Assembly (NCBI GenBank): GCA_048885925.1
Contig: JBHLLG010000011.1
Coordinates: 1,200-65,199 of the forward strand
Reading direction: 5' to 3'
DNA length: 64,000 nt
From: Candidatus Hermodarchaeota archaeon
GTDB taxonomy: Archaea; Asgardarchaeota; Lokiarchaeia; Sigyniarchaeales; SOKP01
The stretch's first letter is position 1; each line of letters starts with the position of its first letter. The notes beneath the pieces were generated by a model. That model ran no database searches and was not told the DNA's origin. It saw only the letters and a list, made by a program, of their open reading frames with translations. Of this stretch, positions 58,988 to 64,000 are shown piece by piece. The position numbers and the translations under genes are program-made.

Positions 58988-59022
58988 TCTCCTCTCAACT
59001 AATATTTTTTTGAGAAGATCAT
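58988..59022 (-). promoter_or_regulatory. Candidate SECIS element (AUGA-helix-GA, k-turn-like) in the 3' UTR of the Sec-HdrA gene
   Basis: Minus-strand RNA 11 nt after the stop: AUGA(59022-19)-UCUUCUCA(59018-11)-AAAAAAUAUUAGU-UGAGAGGA(58997-90)-GA(58989-88). The arms form 8 pairs (7 Watson-Crick plus 1 G.U) and the apical loop is A-rich. Confidence 0.45.
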
Positions 59023-59033
59023 TCCTTTCCAGA

Positions 59034-61070
59034 TTAAGTGTGATAAGGAGCTAATGCTTCAATCTTTTTCCAAATAAGTTCAATAGATTCAATATATTCT
59101 TCCTTATATTCAAGTTCAGTATTACAAATGCCTTTTATCTCTTCAACAATTTGTTTATCTCTATAATATTTAAGATCAATTGCCCTAGCTGGACAGGATG
59201 ATACACAAACACCACATCCTTTGCATTTCAATTCATCTATTTCTGCAATTTTATCTCCATTAACCATTACAGCCTTGTAATTACATAATTTTTCACATCT
59301 ATGACAACCAATACATAGATTTTCATTTATTTCAGCAATTATTAATTCTTGAACGATTGCATCTTTTGATAGTAATGTAGATGTTTTACTCGCTGCAGCT
59401 AATGCTGTTGATACCGAGTATGGGATATTTTTTGGGCCAGCAGCACACCCACAAATATAAATTCCCATATTATTAGTTTCTTGAGGTTTTAGACATCCAT
59501 GAACTTCAGATAAAAATCCATTAATATCTTTACTTAAACCTAATGTCTCAATTAATTTTGTTGTATTCTTAGAAGGGATCATGCCCGTTGATAATACAAC
59601 AAGATCTGTATTCATTGTTATCATATCATTTGTTAAGGTTGAAGAAGCTGTAATTTTGAGGTTTTTTGTTATTGAATCTTCTCGTATATCACCAACTTTT
59701 CCTCGAATCATCATAATCCCTGCTTCTCTCACTTTTCTATAATATTCTTCATTCCCTTTATCCCATGTACGCATATCTATATAAAAAATGGCAATATTAA
59801 TATCAGGATATTCTTGTTTTAACAGTTGAGCATTCTTAAGAGCAACATTACAACATACTCCTGAACAATAAGGATTTCCTTTTAAAGATCTCGAACCAAC
59901 ACATTGAATCATAGCTACTGTTTCTGGGATTCTTCCATCAGAAATTCTATAGACATGACCCCCTGTTGGTCCAACTGGACTTAACATGCGCTCTAATTCT
60001 ATTTGAGTAATTACATCTGGATAAATTCCATATTTATAATCATTATTTTTCATAATTGGATATTCATCCCATCCTGTGGCAAGAATTACAGCACCAACTC
60101 TTATATCAATAAATTCTGGCACCTGTTCAAAATCAATAGCTTCTGCTTGACACAATTTTTGACAATTTTTGCATTCTATGCACACATTCTTATCAATTAT
60201 CGCAACTTTAGGTACAGCTTGAGGAAATGGTATATAGATTGCACTACGTTCACCAATACCACGATTGAATTCATTAGGTACTGTTATAGGACATTTTGTG
60301 GTACATAATCCGCATCCTGTACACTTTTTTTCGTTAACATAACGTGGATTTTTTTGTATTCTAACATTATATTTCCCAGGAATACCACTAAATCCAATAA
60401 TTTCACTATAAGTCAGAAGGGTTATATTTGGGTGTTTTGAAGCATTTACCATTATAGGGGCTAAAACTCATATAGCACAATCGTCAGTGGGATAAATTCT
60501 ATCTAATTGTGCCATTTTTCCACCAATAGTTCCTTCTTTTTCGATTAGAAAAACTCTCACTCCCTGATTTGCTAAATCTAATGCAGCATTCATCCCAGCA
60601 ATTCCAGCACCTATTATTAATACTGATTTCTCCACTGAAATTTTTTTATACGGAACAATCTCTAATTCTCGAGCACGATTGATACCTGCTTGTACTAATC
60701 TTATAGCTTTTTCAGTTGTATCTTTTTTATTATTTGAAGATATAAATGAGCAATGTTCACGAAAATTTACCATTTGAAAATAATATGGATTTAATCCTGC
60801 TTCAGCTAAAACTGCTCGATAAGTAGACTCATGAATTTTTGGTGTACAAGCAGCTACAACTACTCGGTTTAAATCTAAATCCAAAATATCGTTCTTGATA
60901 AGATTTTGCCCTGGATCACTGCAAGTAAAATCATTTGCTCTAGCTATAATGATATTTGGGAGTGCTTCAACATAATCTCTAATAAGGTCACAATCAATAC
61001 TGGCTCCTATATTAACTCCTCATCTGCAAATATACACTCCGATTCTTGCAATGGTCTGTTTTTCAGACAT
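59034..61070 (-). CDS. hdrA: Heterodisulfide reductase subunit A homologue, predicted selenoprotein with two in-frame UGA (Sec) codons
   Basis: Three collinear same-frame pieces: ATG 61070...ICR-TGA(61022-20)-GVNIGAS..., ORF 60468..60884 ending ...IYPTDDCAI-TGA(60470-68), then VLAPI + ORF 59034..60452. The TGAs align with Cys of VCQCGINIGG and of DCSLCILAPKM in the neighbouring HdrA (54115..57228). The full HdrA domain order is restored (678 codons). Confidence 0.85.
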
Positions 61071-61193
61071 CTAATTCACCCTTCCAAACCTCACCAAATA
61101 TTATTCTATAATAATATCTCAAGATTTTGTTTTGAGAAAAAAAACTAAATTTACATAAATGTAAGTATAATTATTTTATTGTACTTTATCCCG

Positions 61194-61270
61194 ATTAAAT
61201 AATGAATTAGAAGAGATTTAAAAAATCTGATAAGAATAATTATAGTCATTTTGACAAATGAATTTGTCAT
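61194..61270. promoter_or_regulatory. Conserved intergenic element, copy B, with a perfect palindrome
   Basis: Gap-free match to 52034-52110. It contains TGACAAAT-GA-ATTTGTCA (61252-61269). A related site, ttgacaatcatatttatca, lies at 61418-61436, 75 nt upstream of the ATG at 61511. Confidence 0.45.
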
Positions 61271-61510
61271 TATTATATAAAATGTATTGATTTGGTCTTT
61301 GATTTGATCTTAATCCAATATAGTGTTTACCTTTTTCTTTGTATTGTGCAAATTATCGATAGTGACAATTATGTTTTATGGGAAAACTTTTAGTCAAGAT
61401 GATCATATTTATATAGTTTGACAATCATATTTATCATAGAGATCATAAAAATTATTAAAATAGTCATAATAAATTTTATGATTATAAAATTAATTTAGTG
61501 ATTTTTCATA

Positions 61511-62644
61511 ATGAGGATAAAGACTTTTAAAGATTTAATTGAAGAAGTTCATAAACCAGGTATTTGTCAAGAATGTGGGGGTTGTGTTAGTTTTTGTAAT
61601 TCAATTAAATATGATGCAATTGGGTTTAAAAAGCCTAATTCACCTCCGGAGTACTTAAATGAAGATAAATGTCTTGAATGTGGAATTTGTTATTTTATAT
61701 GCCCACAGACACATATTTTAGATGAGGATTTAAATAAAACTTATAATTTTTCAGATAGTACAAAAATGCCTTTAGGATTTATAGATAGTATTTACTCTTG
61801 CCAATCTTTAGATGATGAATTTTTAAAATATGGAACAGACGGAGGTGTTGTGAACTCTATCATTAATTATTTAATAGAAAAAAATTTTATTGAAGGAGCA
61901 ATTGTAGCAAAAACAACATCACCTTTTAATAGGGAATCGATAATAGCTAGAAACAAAAAAGATTTAATTGGTGCTTCGGGTGTCAAATTAGATATAACTC
62001 CTCAGCTAGAAATTGTACAAAAGTTTCATACTTATACGAGTTCATTACCCAGTTTAAGGCATTATAAATTTAAAAAAATAGCATTAGTAGGCACACCTTG
62101 TCAGATTTATACGATTAGATGTATGCAAGAATTAGGTATTATTCCATCTGAGAATATCGAGATTTGTCTAGGATTATTTTGTTATGAGAATTTCTTTTTT
62201 GACAAAGAGAGGGTAGAGAAATTCGAAAAATACTTTAAGCTTAAGTTTAAAAATATTGAAAGGGTAAACATAAAGGAAAATTTAATTATCAACATAAAAA
62301 ATAAGAAAAATCCTCAAAAAACTATTCATATTCCATTTGAAAAATTAACTGATTATTCACGTCCAGCTTGTAGTGTTTGTAAAGATTTTACGAATATTTA
62401 CGCAGATATTTCATTTGGAGGATTAGGTTCACATGATAAATATACAACTGTAATCACACGCACTAAAAAAGGGGAGGAATTAATCAATAAAGCGCTGCGA
62501 GCAGGTGTAATTAAAAGATTTAGATTAGATAGCTCCAATTTAAAGGATTTAAAAGAAACATTAATACAATTTACTCAGTTGAAGTTAAAGCGAACAGAAG
62601 AAAATATGAGATATAAGATGATAACAGGGAAATCGTCATCATGA
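61511..62644 (+). CDS. FrhB/FdhB/FpoF-family flavoprotein with N-terminal 2x[4Fe-4S] (paralogue of 57735..58850)
   Basis: CQECGGCVSFCN and CLECGICYFICPQ, then GTDGGVVNSII...IALVGTPCQIYTI...GLFCYENFF...CSVCKDFTNIYADISFG. Confidence 0.8.
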   Translation: MRIKTFKDLIEEVHKPGICQECGGCVSFCNSIKYDAIGFKKPNSPPEYLNEDKCLECGICYFICPQTHILDEDLNKTYNFSDSTKMPLGFIDSIYSCQSLDDEFLKYGTDGGVVNSIINYLIEKNFIEGAIVAKTTSPFNRESIIARNKKDLIGASGVKLDITPQLEIVQKFHTYTSSLPSLRHYKFKKIALVGTPCQIYTIRCMQELGIIPSENIEICLGLFCYENFFFDKERVEKFEKYFKLKFKNIERVNIKENLIINIKNKKNPQKTIHIPFEKLTDYSRPACSVCKDFTNIYADISFGGLGSHDKYTTVITRTKKGEELINKALRAGVIKRFRLDSSNLKDLKETLIQFTQLKLKRTEENMRYKMITGKSSS

Positions 62645-62734
62645 TCTTCTATATTAAATAAAAAGTAATCATATTTAACTTAAATAGAATTTTAATCATT
62701 TTCTTAATATTTAAACTAGGGAGGGAGAAAATAA

Positions 62735-64000
62735 GTGGATATTTATTCAATATTATCTCATCCATTTAGAAGAAAAATCCTACTGCTTTTAGAAAAGGAG
62801 GGTTATATTCCTTATTCAGATTTAATGGAAAGACTTGGTTTAGATACAACTGGACAACTAAATTTTCATCTTAAAAAGATAGGTTCATTGATAGGTAAAG
62901 ACAAAAAATCGTATTATCTTACAGAAGATGGCAAACGAGTATTAAGAATTATTAGTTTGAACAAAAGAATTTTATCTGGAGAAGATATTGATGAATACTT
63001 AGAATCTAAGGGGAGTGAAATAAGCCGAATTGGAGTAATTATTTGTAATTGTAATACCGAAGTTTCAAGTGTAATTAATATCACTGCGTTAGAGAATTAT
63101 ATAAATAAATTGAGAATGGTAGTTTCAGTAAAAGTTTTTGATAATTTATGTCAAGAAAAAAATTTCAAAAAGATTATTAATTGGGTTAAAGATAATTTTT
63201 TAAATAAGATTGTAATAGCTGCTTGTTCCCCAAAAACGCACCAGCTTCTATTTGAACGAATCTTTGAAGATATTATTGACCGTGCAAATATTGAAATAGC
63301 AAACATTAGGGAGCAGTGTTGTTGGGTTCATCAAACTAAAACAAACAAAATAGATCCTTCACTTTCATTGGAAAAATCTAAATTATTAATTGAAGCTGCA
63401 GTTGAGCGCGTAAACATTCAAAAGAAAGTAAAAGTAAAAAGAGTTGAAGTAGAAAAGAGTTGTGCTATTTTAGGTGGAGGAATTGCAGGTATTACACTCG
63501 CATTAAATTTAGCTCGAACTGGCATTAAAGTTCATCTTATTGAGAAATCGCCTACATTAGGAGGTAAAGTAGCGAGATGGCATCGAATCCATCAAATGGG
63601 TGATTGTTCAATATGTTTTATTTCAGAATTAATCAGCGAATTAACAAATCAAAAAAATATAAAAATTTATACTAATACTGAAATTGAAAATGTATCAGGA
63701 GAAGTGGGCAATTTTACTCTTCGTTTAATTAAGAAACCTCGTTTTATTGATGTGAAAAAATGCACAGGATGTAAACAATGTATTGAAGTTTGTAGTATAC
63801 AAAAGCAAAATCAATTTGAATATGGTTTAACTAATCGAAAAATAATATATATCCCTTTTATTCATTCATATCCTTTCGCTCCTATAATTGATAAAGAAGA
63901 TATAAATAAATGTATTAGTTGTAGAATTTGTGAACGTGCATGCGCTAATAAAGCTATAGATTTAACTCAAAAAGATGAAAAGATTGAGATTAAGGTTGGT
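62735..64000 (+). CDS. ArsR-type winged-helix domain fused to an HdrA-like flavo-Fe-S protein (3'-partial; not in ORF track)
   Basis: GTG at 62735 sits 7 nt after GGGAGGGAG, and the frame is open for 422 codons to the window end. N-terminus: DIYSILSHPFRRKILLLLEKEGYIPYSDLMERLGLDTTGQLNFHLKKIGSLIGKDKKSYYLTEDGKRVLRII (wHTH). The HdrA N-domain follows (IGVIICNCNTEV...IAACSPKTHQ...NIREQCCWVHQ), then FAD motif CAILGGGIAGITLALNL, GDCSICF, and ferredoxin motifs CTGCKQCIEVC and CISCRICERAC. Confidence 0.8.
   Translation, partial: MDIYSILSHPFRRKILLLLEKEGYIPYSDLMERLGLDTTGQLNFHLKKIGSLIGKDKKSYYLTEDGKRVLRIISLNKRILSGEDIDEYLESKGSEISRIGVIICNCNTEVSSVINITALENYINKLRMVVSVKVFDNLCQEKNFKKIINWVKDNFLNKIVIAACSPKTHQLLFERIFEDIIDRANIEIANIREQCCWVHQTKTNKIDPSLSLEKSKLLIEAAVERVNIQKKVKVKRVEVEKSCAILGGGIAGITLALNLARTGIKVHLIEKSPTLGGKVARWHRIHQMGDCSICFISELISELTNQKNIKIYTNTEIENVSGEVGNFTLRLIKKPRFIDVKKCTGCKQCIEVCSIQKQNQFEYGLTNRKIIYIPFIHSYPFAPIIDKEDINKCISCRICERACANKAIDLTQKDEKIEIKVG

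Noticed and set aside
58851-59033. A classical archaeal SECIS (GC-rich helices with a GAA/A internal loop) downstream of the Sec-HdrA gene.
   Set aside because: I could not find the GAA...A bulge flanked by a 3-bp G-C apical helix. Only the AUGA/GA-type hairpin and a simple AACCCA/UGGGUU hairpin are present.
4457-61148. Many 60-104-aa ORFs in the supplied track lie nested antisense or out of frame inside longer genes. Examples: 4457..4684, 5134..5367, 8234..8425, 10240..10449, 13993..14211, 14675..14893, 18920..19102, 22709..22942, 24139..24339, 26480..26710, 27637..27876, 37072..37272, 38116..38361, 38610..38867, 39090..39332, 40398..40661, 45883..46092, 49156..49440, 53383..53697, 54853..55089, 58001..58219, 58544..58843, 60003..60308, 60906..61148.
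   Set aside because: Each overlaps a longer ORF that has recognisable domains. Their translations are low-complexity or hydrophobic strings of the kind produced by shadow frames in AT-rich DNA. No independent support exists.

Overview
AT-rich archaeal window; individual 60-nt lines range from about 17% to 50% G+C. From gene content I infer an Asgard (Lokiarchaeia-like) genome: H4MPT-type C1 genes, Hdr/MvhD/FrhB modules, CDC48, roadblock-like proteins, and UGA-selenocysteine with a eukaryote-like SECIS. This assignment is not verified. Nt 1-38,400 read as an accessory or variable region. It holds three paralogous beta-helix surface proteins, paralogous membrane proteins, wHTH/TPR proteins, stand-alone defence-type domains (HEPN, Mrr-like, SUFU-like), a G+C-rich metalloprotease island and several decayed genes. 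The decayed genes are a methyltransferase with three in-frame stops, a split TPR gene, a PKD fragment, a radical-SAM fragment and a possible transposase remnant. Nt 38,400-64,000 are core energy and C1 metabolism: Mrp/ApbC, a ferredoxin plus fwdB-fwdD-fwdA, a VWA (CoxE-like) protein, a DsrE-like protein, CDC48 and an MtdA/B-like dehydrogenase. This part also holds two heterodisulfide-reductase-type loci. Four signals stand out. (1) An HdrA gene is split in the ORF track into three in-frame pieces by two TGA codons that align with conserved Cys residues, so I predict a double-Sec selenoprotein. (2) An AUGA-helix-GA (k-turn-like) SECIS candidate lies in its 3' UTR. (3) A partial gene fuses an ArsR-type wHTH to an HdrA body. 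(4) A 77-nt intergenic block, 61/77 identical without gaps and carrying a TTGACAA-type palindrome, occurs at both Hdr loci. I found no rRNA, tRNA or CRISPR array. All domain calls come from motif recognition by eye and no searches were run.
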